This document shows positions 23,264 to 34,069 of a stretch of DNA of 64,000 bases, in pieces. The position numbers and the translations under genes were made by a program. The notes beneath the pieces are model-generated. The model did not search any database. It had not been told where the DNA came from and worked only from the letters and a program-made list of their open reading frames with translations. The DNA lies in NCBI GenBank assembly GCA_043228905.1, contig JBHGNT010000008.1, positions 21,390,001-21,454,000 on the forward strand, read 5' to 3'. Numbering within the stretch: position 1 is the stretch's first letter; each line of letters begins with the position of its first letter. This stretch comes from Azolla caroliniana (Eukaryota > Plantae > Polypodiophyta).

Positions 23264-25384
23264 GCAATAATCTGGCCCTCTTCCTCGATGAAGCACCCAA
23301 GGTGCATAAACCGCACCTGCATCCCCTAGTCAACGATCTGTCCTACCGACACCAGGTTCTTCGTGATTGTCGGAACGTGTAATACGTTCATCAGCTTCCC
23401 CTTCTGTCCGACGTGGCTCAAAGGCACTTCTCCGACATGCACGATTGGGTGAGGAGTGTCGTCTCCGGTTTCGACTACTCCTGGTTGATCCGGTTTTTCC
23501 AAAAAGGAGAACCACTCTTTGTGGCTCATCATGTGGTTCGACGCACCGGAGTCAACATACCACACTTCCTCCGATTTGGAAGTGGTCTTCTTCATCGAGT
23601 TCGCCTCATGCTTCATCACCAAGGCTGGCCCGTTACCGTTCTTGGATCCTCCCGATCCCTTCGCGTAGTGCGAGCTTTGCCAGCCTTATCGGATCCGGTT
23701 TTGTCCGAATCGGTGCGTTTTCTCCAGCACTCGCTTTCTCTGTGGCCCTTTTTGCCACAGTACCAGCATTCCGTTGTAGATTTGTCTTGCCAGCCTCCGG
23801 CACCGCCTTGACTCCCCCTGCCTGTGGAAGTCCCGGAACTGCTGTCGGCACGTTCTCTGTGCCTTTGTTCTTGCTCTTGCCGGCCGCCTCCATTGTGTGC
23901 CGGCCCGCCTCATTCACCACACCCACAAGACCGATCCACCTCCGTGTACAGCATCCGACTATCAGTGGGTGTGCTAGTTGATGCACCGGCGTGGTTCTCC
24001 TCTACAAGGAGCATCGACTATAAGTCGAAAAATGACGGGGTATCCTCCCTCGTACACACTGCCGTTCGGAACGCTCTGAACTTCGACGCCAGGCCCCCAA
24101 GACAGACCTATACCATCTCGTCTTCCTCTACGGTAACGTTGATAGAGGCAAGCGAGTCACGGATCTCTTTGATCCGGGCCGTGTAATCCGCCACCGACAT
24201 GTCCTTCTGTCAGACATTGCTCAACTCCTATCGGAGTTGCAGCTTCCGGGCTGTTGTGCTCGCGGCGAACACATTCTTCAAGTTCCCCCAAGCCTCCTTC
24301 GGCATCTTGGCGTCTCGGATGTGGCTCAGCAGCTGGTCTCCGCACAGGACGCGAAGTTGTACATCACTCTGCTTGCCGATTGTTCCCACATTGGGAAGTC
24401 CTTATGTGCCGCATCAGGTGTTGTTTCGTTGGCTCCTTCGAGGAAACTCCAGTAGCCATGCCCAAGCAGGTACTGGTGCATCTTATACGACCAAAATGCA
24501 TAGTTGGATCTGTCGAGTTTCTCCACAGGGAGCGAGCTAGCCATCCCTCTATCCATCACTTCTCTGTCTGCTGTTTTACGACCTGTTAGGGTTTGTTGTC
24601 AAGCGTTTGTCGGTTGCAGAGGAGGTTCTCAACCCTCGCGCTCTGATACCATGTAAACGATTGCTTGCGGAAGCGTTGTCGTAGTGTATTCCACACACTA
24701 CGTGAAAACCATAAAATAATATATCCAATTTTAGATACATATAAATAAATAAATAATATATCAAAATATTTATCACGTGCATAGGGCAAGATTCGAACCC
24801 TACACCTCCACGTAAATAAACCTCAACTTTACCATTGTAATAACTTATCTTTAGTGTTATATATATAGATTTAATATGTATAAGACCTTTATTTATACAT
24901 ACCTTTATTAAAAGGTAAAAATCATGTATTCTTTAGGATGTGAATATTTTATTTACACGTGACATTAAAAGTGACTCATGCACATCTAGCGTGCATGAGC
25001 CCTATACTTAGGAAATGACAAAGCATCACATGCACATTTAGTGTGCATGGACACTTTTGGTGAAAAAGCATGAAGCCATGCTTAGCCTCTTCCATCTTTA
25101 TATAAGGAGGAGAGAAATATGTATAAGGTTGTTGATTAATATACAGGGATTGATCAATCTAATATATTCGTGGAATTCACGAATTTTGCCACCTAAATTA
25201 CTCTTATAATCTAAATATTGTTTTAAATACACTAAACTCGTGGGATTCACGAGATTGCTATCTTACTTCTCTTTCTACTATTCATAACTAGCCTTAAGTT
25301 GTATTCCTCTTCCTCCTAGTCCAAAACCTCGGCGGTTCCCACCCGACTCACGCAACGATCCGGAGCCGAAACGCACAACACAGT

Positions 25385-25402
25385 TGGTGAACCCGACGTG
25401 AA
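25385..25402 (+). other. Primer-binding site complementary to the tRNA-Trp 3' end
   Basis: TGGTGAACCCGACGTGAA is the reverse complement of ...TTCACGTCGGGTTCACCA of plant cytosolic tRNA-Trp; it lies 4 nt after the LTR. Confidence 0.85.
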
Positions 25403-25419
25403 AACCGGGTGGCAAGGAG

Positions 25420-27460
25420 ATGGAAAATCAACCGGAGGCTAGCAACATGATGATGATGTTCGAGCGCATGCTACAAGAACAACGCGCGATGTTGGAGATA
25501 GCGGCATCAGTGGAGCGGCTCGTGCAACGAAACAGGCAATCCAACGGGAAAGACGTGTCGCGGTATCTTCGGGACTACAAGGCGGAGATGCTACGGTGCG
25601 GAATATCGGAAGGACTGCAAGTGACGTCCTTCAACCGGGTGGCGACCGACGGGCTTCAAGCAAGCATCCATGGGCTACGACAACAAAATCCGACATGGGA
25701 GGCGTTTGAAGAAGAGCTAAAGAGGACGTTCGCCGTCGAGGATTCCTCCAAGGCGACGCGAAGGGGATTCGAAGATTGGGTGGAGACGCCGGACAAGGGA
25801 TTGAAGGTCGTTGATGTGTTTTTGGCATTCGAAAGCCGGTTCGGGAGGTTGTCCGAGAGGTCAAGCTATCCTCGTACCGGACAAGGTGATCATGTTCTTG
25901 TGAGCCATGGACGTCCGGGACCGGAAAGATCTCGGAGTGCTCTTGGAGGACACGACCATGGAGAGTGGCCTCACCGAAACATGGGAAAGCGTGCGGGATA
26001 TCGTCGCACGATACACGAAGAGGGGGCAATGGCTTGCCAACGAGGAAAAGAGGGTTTCGGAACCGATTCCGAAACCGAGAACCGGATTGGAAGACCATCA
26101 ACCGAGGGCTCGGGAGACTACAACCGAGAAGGGGATTGATGCATCTACGGTGGAGCAACTATTGAAGGAGATGGAGAATCTGAAGATCGCGATGGTGAAG
26201 AAGTCGGATGACCGCCCCACAAGCTCCAAGTATACGGACCGACGGTGCATATGATGCGATAGCGCCGAACACGATCGGAGGGATTGCGACGAGCATAAGG
26301 AGGCGCTACGGTGGGATCTCATCTACTATGAGGGAAACCGGATTCATTCGATGGACTCTCGGAAGCCACTCCGACCGAACTTCCGGAAAGGCGGCATGAA
26401 GAAGGTGCTCGAGGAGGAATTGCCAGCAAGAAGCAACTATGCGACAACATCGGGAATATGTGTCGGGGAGTCATCGAGAGCAAAGACGTCTTTTTGGCCG
26501 GAAGTTCTAGAAAACACCGAGAAAACCGACTCCAACGAGATCTGAATCACCGCGGAAGGCGTCCGGGAAGCTACGGGATGGGAGTGCCCTGTCGACAAGA
26601 ATAGCGTATACGCCCTGTGTCAATTGCATAAGGTGTATGTGGACGAGAAACGACGACGCACGGAGGATGCGGCCGGGCCATCGAAGATACTGGAAAGCTG
26701 GAACTCCGGAGGTAAGGGAAAAGAAAAGGCGACTCCGGCATTCAAGCTCGCCTCGGACATAGAACAACAAACCGACTTGAAAAGAGTGTTCGAGGAAAGA
26801 ATCTTGGATAGCCGGGTAGATTTCTCGCTTCGGGAGCTACTCGGAATAGCAAAGAAGGAGTTCCACGATCTTCTCGTGGATCTCATGAAGCGAAAAAGAC
26901 AAAGTACGGAGGAAAATCCTCCAAGGGTGAATGCGAACACCGTTTTAATGAACGACACCGAAGTGGAGGACGAAATTCCGAACTCCCACTATACAAGGCC
27001 ACATTGGGCACGTGCGACTACGGAGACTCCGGTCCGAATCGGCAACATCAAAGAACCCATGCTAGCATTGATTGATCACGGATCGGAGGTCAACTTGATG
27101 TCCAAGGAGTTCTACCGGAAGGGGAAGTGGCCTATTAACACCAACCATGGATGGAAGATTCGGGCGGCCACCAAAGCAACGGAAGATCTATTTGCGGCTT
27201 GTCCGGATGTGACAGTGAAGATCGGGGATGTCGAGATCGAGCAAAATTTCTTCGTGCAAGATGAGGTTTCACATTCCGTCATCCTCGGCCAACCCTTTAT
27301 CACGGCATCACAGATGGAGACGAAGGTGCTCGATAGCGGTGTGGCTTTTGCGCGAATTCGGAGCCAAAACGGTGGGAAATCCGTCCAATTCCTAACGGTG
27401 CCGGCAAATCACGAAAGGAACAAGAGGGAACTCTTGTCCCAAGTCAGAATGGATTTTTAA
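25420..27460 (+). pseudogene. Gypsy C ORF1: gag and aspartic protease (disrupted)
   Basis: Gag start MENQPE; degenerate C-x2-C-x4-H-x4-C at ~26246; PAFKLASDIE segment; protease LIDHGSEVNLM; ends RMDF-TAA. Confidence 0.85.
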
Positions 27461-30400
27461 AGCGGACTGTTGCGGAGTGGGGAAGTGATAGTTCGAGAAG
27501 CCCTGATACCCCACATAGGAAGAAAACTCTCGGAGCAAAACATGTACGAATCGGTCCGGATGGGGCATCTACGTACATGACCGTAACCGGAGGATTGAAG
27601 AAAGGATACCGACAAGTCGAGGATAAGTTGCGGTCGGCATCAATAATAAAAGAAGATGAAGAAATCATGGGGATAGTCGAAGAAGTGTTCTATGGGAGCA
27701 CGCTACAACGACTTGAAGAGCTTGCGGAAGATAAAAGCCAAGAGAACCGGGTAGTCCCGGTGGAATCGGTCGAGATGTATGAGATCATTGCGAAAATGGA
27801 GCCGGATACGCTCCGCAAAGAAGAAGCAATGGTAAGTACGAAATACAAGACCATGGAGAAGAAGGTGAAACCGGCCACGGGACCACTACCCGCCGATAGC
27901 GAACAAAAGAGGAAAGAAGTCTCAGGAGATCCAACACTTCGGAAGTCCGTGGATATCAGACATGCCTTCACGGATAAGACCCGGAAGAAACTTCGGATCG
28001 GTGGAGGTGGGTTCCTATTACAAAAAGAAGAAGAACGGTTTCGCGAGATGTTGGAGCAACACGGCAAAGCGTTTGCATTTACATCAAGGGAGATAGGGTG
28101 CGTTGATCCGAGAATAGTGGAGCCGATGGTGATCTTCACGATTGACCATGTACCGTGGAACCTGAAGCCGATTCCGGTGCCACGAGCGCATATTCCAAAA
28201 GTCATTGACTTGCTCAAGGAGAAGGTGGCGATGGGGATTCTAGAGCCATCAACTGCTCCGTACTCAAATCGATGGTTTACAGTTCCGAAGAAGAATGGGT
28301 CACTCTGATTTATCCAAGACTTGCAACCGGTGAATAAGGTCACGATCCGGAACTCGGGAGTCAGTCTGATAGTGGACGACTTTGCGGAAGCTTTTGCCGG
28401 TCGTGCGATATACTCCATCAGAGACCTATACTCGGGGTATGACCAATTCCAACTAGCCGTGGAGAGCCGAGACATCACAACCATGCGAACGCCGATAGGA
28501 TTAGTCCGAATGTGCACACTACCACAAGGAGCGACAAACTCGGTTGCTCATATGATGAACGCGATGAATAAGGTGCTTCGAGACTGCATTCCGGAGATAA
28601 CGATGCCGTTCCTCGATGACATTCCGATGAAAGGATGCGCGGTAGAAGAAAAAGATGAGACTATGGATGATCGGGGATGCCGAAAGTTCTTGGTCGACCA
28701 TATTCATGATTGCGAGAAAGTGTTGTGAAAGCTAGAAGATGTGCACCTAACACTTTCCGGGGAGAAATCGGCATTCGGGCAAGAAGAAATATTGGTGGTC
28801 GGACATCTATGTGGGCCCTACGGCCGAAGACCGTCACCAACAAAGATCGATGCGATTCAAGCTATGGAGGAAATATGCGAGTCAACATCCGAAGTCCGAA
28901 GGTTTCTCGGTGCATGTGCATTCTATCACATATGGATTCCGCACTATGCACATATAGCGGACCCGCTCTACCACTTGTTGCGGAAAGGTAAGAAATTCGA
29001 ATGGAAACCGGAACACACCAAAGCCATGAAGAAATTGAAGAAGACACTTCGGAGGGCGGAAGCACTTAAGAAGCCGAGCTATGACCGACCGATCATAGTA
29101 ACGGTTGATACAAGTCCAACCGGTATCGGGTGGGTCATCAATCAAGCCGACTCGGATGGTTCGCGGTATCCGATCCGATTCGGAGCAAAGGTTCTCAACG
29201 AAAGGCAACGTGGATATGCACAAGTCAAAAGAGAACTGTGGGGAGTCGTGTCGGCGATAAAATCAGATCGGGATTATTTGATCGGAGCCGAAGTGGTGAT
29301 CGAGACGGATTGTCTTCCGATACTCGGGATGATGCGGTGTTGTACGATACCAGATGTAGCTATGCTAAGGTGGGTTGCATATGTCAAGTCGCTTAATCCG
29401 GAGGTTCAACACATCTCGGGGAAGGACAACGCGGTAGCGGATATGTTATCAAGGGCTCGGTTTGGAGACGACATAACCGAATCGGATAATGAAGAAGTTT
29501 TCGAAGACTACTTCGCGTCAGAGCACATATGCCGAGTGAACGTAATCTGAGAATTCCGGGAAGAAGAATACGAGGGAGAAAGCTTGATGATCGGAAAGAT
29601 GTTACAAGAGGCCGAGGATTCAACAAACGATAAAGGAAGAAGAGCCGAGATCCGAAGGAAGAAGAGGCAAGTCCAAAAGTTCTTCTTGGAAAACGGATTA
29701 ATATGGAGGGCGCCAAAAAGACCGGATGGTATACCACTTCGAGTAGTCGGGACAAAAGAGCAACGAAACCGGATAATGTCCGAGTTTCACGAATCCGATT
29801 GGGCTGGACACCGAGGAACATGGGCAACATTTGTGAAGATCAAGCAAAAATATTGGTGGAAGAAAATGTACAAAGATGTCGCGAAGTTCACGGAAAGCTG
29901 CGAGAAATGTCAAGTCTACTCCGGGGTTCGACATCGAGATGAGTTACATCCGACATTCTGACCGACAATCAACTTCAAGTGGATGGTCGACATAGTGGCC
30001 ATGCCGACCGGGATCGGACAAAAGAAATACTTGGTATTAGCTCGGGAAGATCTCACGAATCAAGTAGAAGGTCGAGCGCTTCAGAGGAAAACGTGTTCCA
30101 CGGTATGCCAATTTCTTTTGGAGGAAGTATTTTGCAGGTACGGGTGCGTAGGACAAGTGATTACGGACCGGGGAGAACTCAACTCGGACAAAGCTAGGGG
30201 ATTCTTCGCCAAACACGGAGTTTAGTTATCGCTGACAACGGCATACAATCCGGAGGTCAACGGGAAAATCGAACGAGGACATAGTCCGATCGTGAAAGCA
30301 CTTGCGAAGGCATGCGATGGAAAGGTGAAGGACTGGCCGCAGATGCTTCCGTATGCACTATGGGCGGATCGGACGACACATAGCTCCGTAACCGGTTACA

Positions 30401-31080
30401 TGCCGGCAGAACTCATGACCGGACAAGCACCGGTAATGCCGACGGAAACCGCAATCGCAACATGGACAGTGCTACCGTGGAAGGAAGAGATGAGCCGGGA
30501 AGAACTACTAGCGGTCCGGATACGACAACTAGAGGGAAGACCGGCAGACATAGCGGAAGCAATACGCCGACAACAAGAAGCACGATTCCGGAACAAAAGC
30601 CGGTTCGACACAAAGCACCGACTACGACCGAGGAGGATTGAAGAAGGAGATTGGGTGATCGTCTATGACAGTAGTTTGGACCATCAACATACAACGATGC
30701 GGAAATTCACGAAAAGGTGGTTCGGGCCATACGAGGTTCGGAAAGTCTTCGACAACGGAACATACCGACTGTCCGAGTTGGATGGAACAATACTACGAGT
30801 GCCTATAGCCGGGAAGCGGGTGAAGATTTTCAAGAAGCGGACCGACGACAAACCCTATGTGATCCAAGCCAAGGCTAACAACGAGGAGCAATCGGACGAA
30901 GACCACGGTGATGCGGGAAGCGAAGAAAGTGAATTACAACTCATAGTCGACATAAGGGGAGAATCGGTGGAAGCTTTGGGTGAAGACGGATATGAGGAAT
31001 CGAGAACTTCGGCACATACCGGAGGATGTGCGGGTTCGGAGGGGGCGAGTGTCGTAGTGTATTCCACACACTACGTGTAA
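27451..31080 (+). pseudogene. Gypsy C ORF2: RT, RNase H and integrase in the -1 frame (several single in-frame stops)
   Basis: RT DLYSGYDQ, LPQG, FLDD; RH VDTSPTG, ETDC, NAVADMLSR; INT H-x6-H/C-x2-C, TDRGE, NGKIERGH; GPY; no chromodomain. Confidence 0.9.
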
Positions 31081-32929
31081 ACCATAAAATAATATATCCG
31101 ATTTTAGATACATATAAATAAATAAATAATATATCAAAATATTTATCACATGCATAGGTTAGGATTCAAACCCTACACCTCCACGTAGATAAACCTCAAC
31201 TTTACCATTGTAATAACTTATCTTTAGTGTTATACATATAGATTTAATGTGTATAAGACCTTTATTTACACATACCTTTATTAAAAGGTAAAAATCATGT
31301 ATTCTTTAGGATGTGAATATTTTATTTACACGTGACATTAAAAGTGACTCATGCACATCTAGCGTGCATGAGCCCTATACTTAGGAAATGACAAAGCATC
31401 ACATGCACATTTAGTGTGCATGGACACTTTTGGTGAAAAAGCATGAAGCCATGCTTAGCCTCTTCCATCTTTATATAAGGAGGAGAGAAATATGTATAAG
31501 GTTGTTGATTAATATACAAGGATTGATCAATCTAATATATTCGTGGAATTCACGAATTTTGCCATCTAAATTACTCTTATAATCTAAATATTGTTTTAAA
31601 TACACTAAACTCGTGGGATTCACGAGATTGCTATCTTACTTCTCTTTCTACTATTCATAACTAGCCTTAAGTTGTATTCCTCTTCCTCCTAGTCCAAAAC
31701 CTCAGCGGTTCCCACCCGACTCACGCAACGATCCGGAGCCGAAACGCACGACAGCGTTAGAAAAACAGAGAAATTAGGGGAAAAACAGAGTACGCGGGAG
31801 AGACAGAGAGAGCAAAACATAAAAGCTATATTCAAAAACGATATATGCCTCTGTCCTTTACAATTGTGCTCAGTAGCACTATTTATACAAGTCCTCATGG
31901 GACTGACAGAAGTACCATGTACTTCAATGCTCACACGAGCTTCTGACACTTACTACGAGACTATAATTGCCTAGTAGTCTAAACTAATATTAGGCTTCCG
32001 GTTACCGATTGGACCCGGCTAACCGGCTCCCCAGCTCACCGGCTCTGTTGCTTGCCGGCTTACTGATCCGTCTCACTTGCTGGCTCAGGCTTATTCAGCC
32101 GATCCGGCTCGAGTTGAGCGTGCCACTTCAACAAGAGACAAGCTCAACATTTGTGCGTAATATGATGCGTAACTAGTGCGTAGACTGGGTGCGTAAACTC
32201 GGTACGCATAACATGGTCATAGTGGTGCATAAACCGTGAGGCCGTTAGAAAGATATTCCTCGTAAGGAATAGTTTTGGGAGTAAGTGTCGAGGCTCATTT
32301 ATGAGCAGTCAAGTACTGTCAGTACTTGTGTCAGCTCGATTGTCAGGGCTTGTATAAAAGTGCTCACTGAGCACATCCTATGTACAGATTGAGTATTAGT
32401 TTTGAATTAAGTTCTTGTGCTTACTCTCTCTCTCTCTATCTCTCTCGTGCGTACTATGCAAACCTAAGCTTTCCATTAAACCTACGTCTTCTGTTGTTCT
32501 ATCTCCTATATTGCTTCTGCATGACATTCTTTTCACATTATGTATTATATAAACCCCTTATGGGGCATGTAATGGAATATAGATTTTTCCCTCTCATTTC
32601 TATGTCATTTTTCTCTCTCCTCTCTCTCCCTCCCTCACTCGTAACCCCCTTGGGAGGGGGTTGGAGTTGTTTCATGGCTTCACCCCCCACCCATTAACAC
32701 TTTCCATATGTGAACCTATACAAGATTCAAGAATATGCATGTACAAGACTCTCAAATGTACAAAGCAAAGAAACATGAACAACAAGAATGGACAAACAAG
32801 AACAAAAACATTTAACTTCATCAACAAGAATAGAAAATCATATCATCATAGCACCCTCTTTCCATATGTGAACATGTACAATATTCAAGCAAATGCAAAA
32901 CATGCAACAAAGCCTAAAGTAGGAGGAGA

Positions 32930-33330
32930 CCCAGATGTCGTACAGGTTGTCGATGTCATTGTAGAGGTCGTTCCAGAGGGGACACAACGACCACAAGTCG
33001 CAAGCAAGGGAACATACCGAGTAGAGGGAACACAGTGAGCACAAGTCATTGACAGAGGGAACACAACAAGCAGAGGTGGTTGTAGAGGGAACACAACAAG
33101 CAGACGGAACACAACCAACAAAGATCGATGCAGGGAGGACACGATGAGCAGAAAACGCCTTGAGGTTGCAGAGGGGTCACAACGAGGAGAGTGAGCAGAG
33201 AACGTGGGGAAACAACAAGTGAAAGGTCGTTGCAGAGAGGACATGACAAGCAGAGAACACTTGGAGGTTGTAGAGGGATCACAACGAGCAGAGTGAGCAG
33301 AGAACGTGGGGAAACAACAAGAGAAAGGTC
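32930..33330. repeat. Degenerate tandem repeat (GTTGYAGAGGGRACACAACRAGCAGAG-like units)
   Basis: Recurrent AGAGGGAACACAAC units and a ~100-bp direct duplication (33145-33230 vs 33249-33330). Confidence 0.7.
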
Positions 33331-33454
33331 ATAGGAGAGAGAGAGAGAGATTGTGTGCGTGAGAGATTGACTGACTAACTGAATAAATGACTTACAACTC
33401 GAGATCTTATACAGTTAAGTACTCCGTACAACTTTATGGAGGACACCGCCAGGC

Positions 33455-33885
33455 CCAACATTCAACGAGCGACTCATTGAGTTTTTTGTCGACGCTCGAC
33501 AATTGAACCATTGAGGATTCATCAATGTTAGACATGCCAAATGCTCCATGAGCGACTCCTCGAGCATTCGTCTACGTTCAACTTGTCGAACATTCGATGA
33601 GCAACTTGTCGAACATTCGTCAACGTTCGACGAGCTGAGAACTCAACGAGCAACTCGTCGAGTATTCGTCGACACTCATCGAGCGACTCATTGAGGATTC
33701 ATTAACGTTTGATGAACCAAACGGTCAACAAGCAACGTTTTGAGCATTCATCAATGTTCAACGAGCCACTCGTCCAGGATTCGTCAACATTCAATCAACC
33801 AAACATTGGATGACATGAACGCTCGAGCATTCGTCAATATTTGACGAGATGAACGTTGAACACGCCGAACGCTTGACGAGCCAGG
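33455..33885. repeat. Degenerate ~40-50-bp tandem repeat (GAGCATTCGTCAACGTTCGACGAG-like)
   Basis: Repeated GAGCATTCRTCAAYGTTCRAC and GAGCGACTC motifs. Confidence 0.65.
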
Positions 33886-34069
33886 AACCGTCGGCCAAGA
33901 GCTAATATGTTGACGCCACTAAACCCGAAGCTGATAGGTCGAAGCTATAACCAAAAGCCAACCCGTATAGAGGTCGATGAACCAATCGTTGATGCGAAGC
34001 AAAACTCAACCCAGTGAGAGGCCAAAGGCCAACGAGGTCAGAAAACCGGAGTTCGGGACAACCGAAAGG

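Larger units (their letters stand above)
14793..24559 (-). pseudogene. Copia B gag-pol, disrupted and interrupted by two insertions
   Basis: Minus-strand fragments: EKLDRSNY gag, WYVDSGAS protease, HSDVWGP integrase, LYVDD RT, YTDADWA and TKHLEVYYHFVRE RNase H. Confidence 0.92.
24677..31753 (+). mobile_element. Ty3/Gypsy element C (non-chromovirus, Ylt1/Phygy-like), inserted in the 5' LTR of Copia B
   Basis: 704-bp LTRs at 24677-25380 and 31050-31753; tRNA-Trp PBS; PPT GGAGGGGGCGAG 31038-31049; 4-bp TSD GCGT (24673-24676 and 31754-31757). Confidence 0.95.
13904..32133 (-). mobile_element. Ty1/Copia element B (related to A), inserted 10 bp into the 3' LTR of A
   Basis: 3' LTR 13904-14279, with reverse PPT CTCCCCCTC after it; reverse PBS GCTCTGATACCA 24640-24651; 5' LTR split into 24652-24676 + 31758-32133; TSD AGAGA (13899-13903 and 32134-32138). 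Confidence 0.95.
8597..32535 (+). mobile_element. Ty1/Copia element A (host of the nested cluster)
   Basis: 5' LTR 8597-9005; PBS TGGTATCAGAGC 9006-9017; PPT GAGGGGGAG 13885-13893; 3' LTR split into 13894-13903 + 32139-32535; TSD CATTA (8592-8596 and 32536-32540). Confidence 0.95.

Noticed and set aside
24777-24850. LTR tRNA-like cassette as a true tRNA gene or self-encoded primer
   Set aside because: No proper acceptor or anticodon stems, and its 3' end is not complementary to the Trp PBS.
27690-28517. 275-aa minus-strand ORF and similar antisense ORFs over TE and CSLD coding regions
   Set aside because: Shadow frames of coding sequence on the opposite strand.
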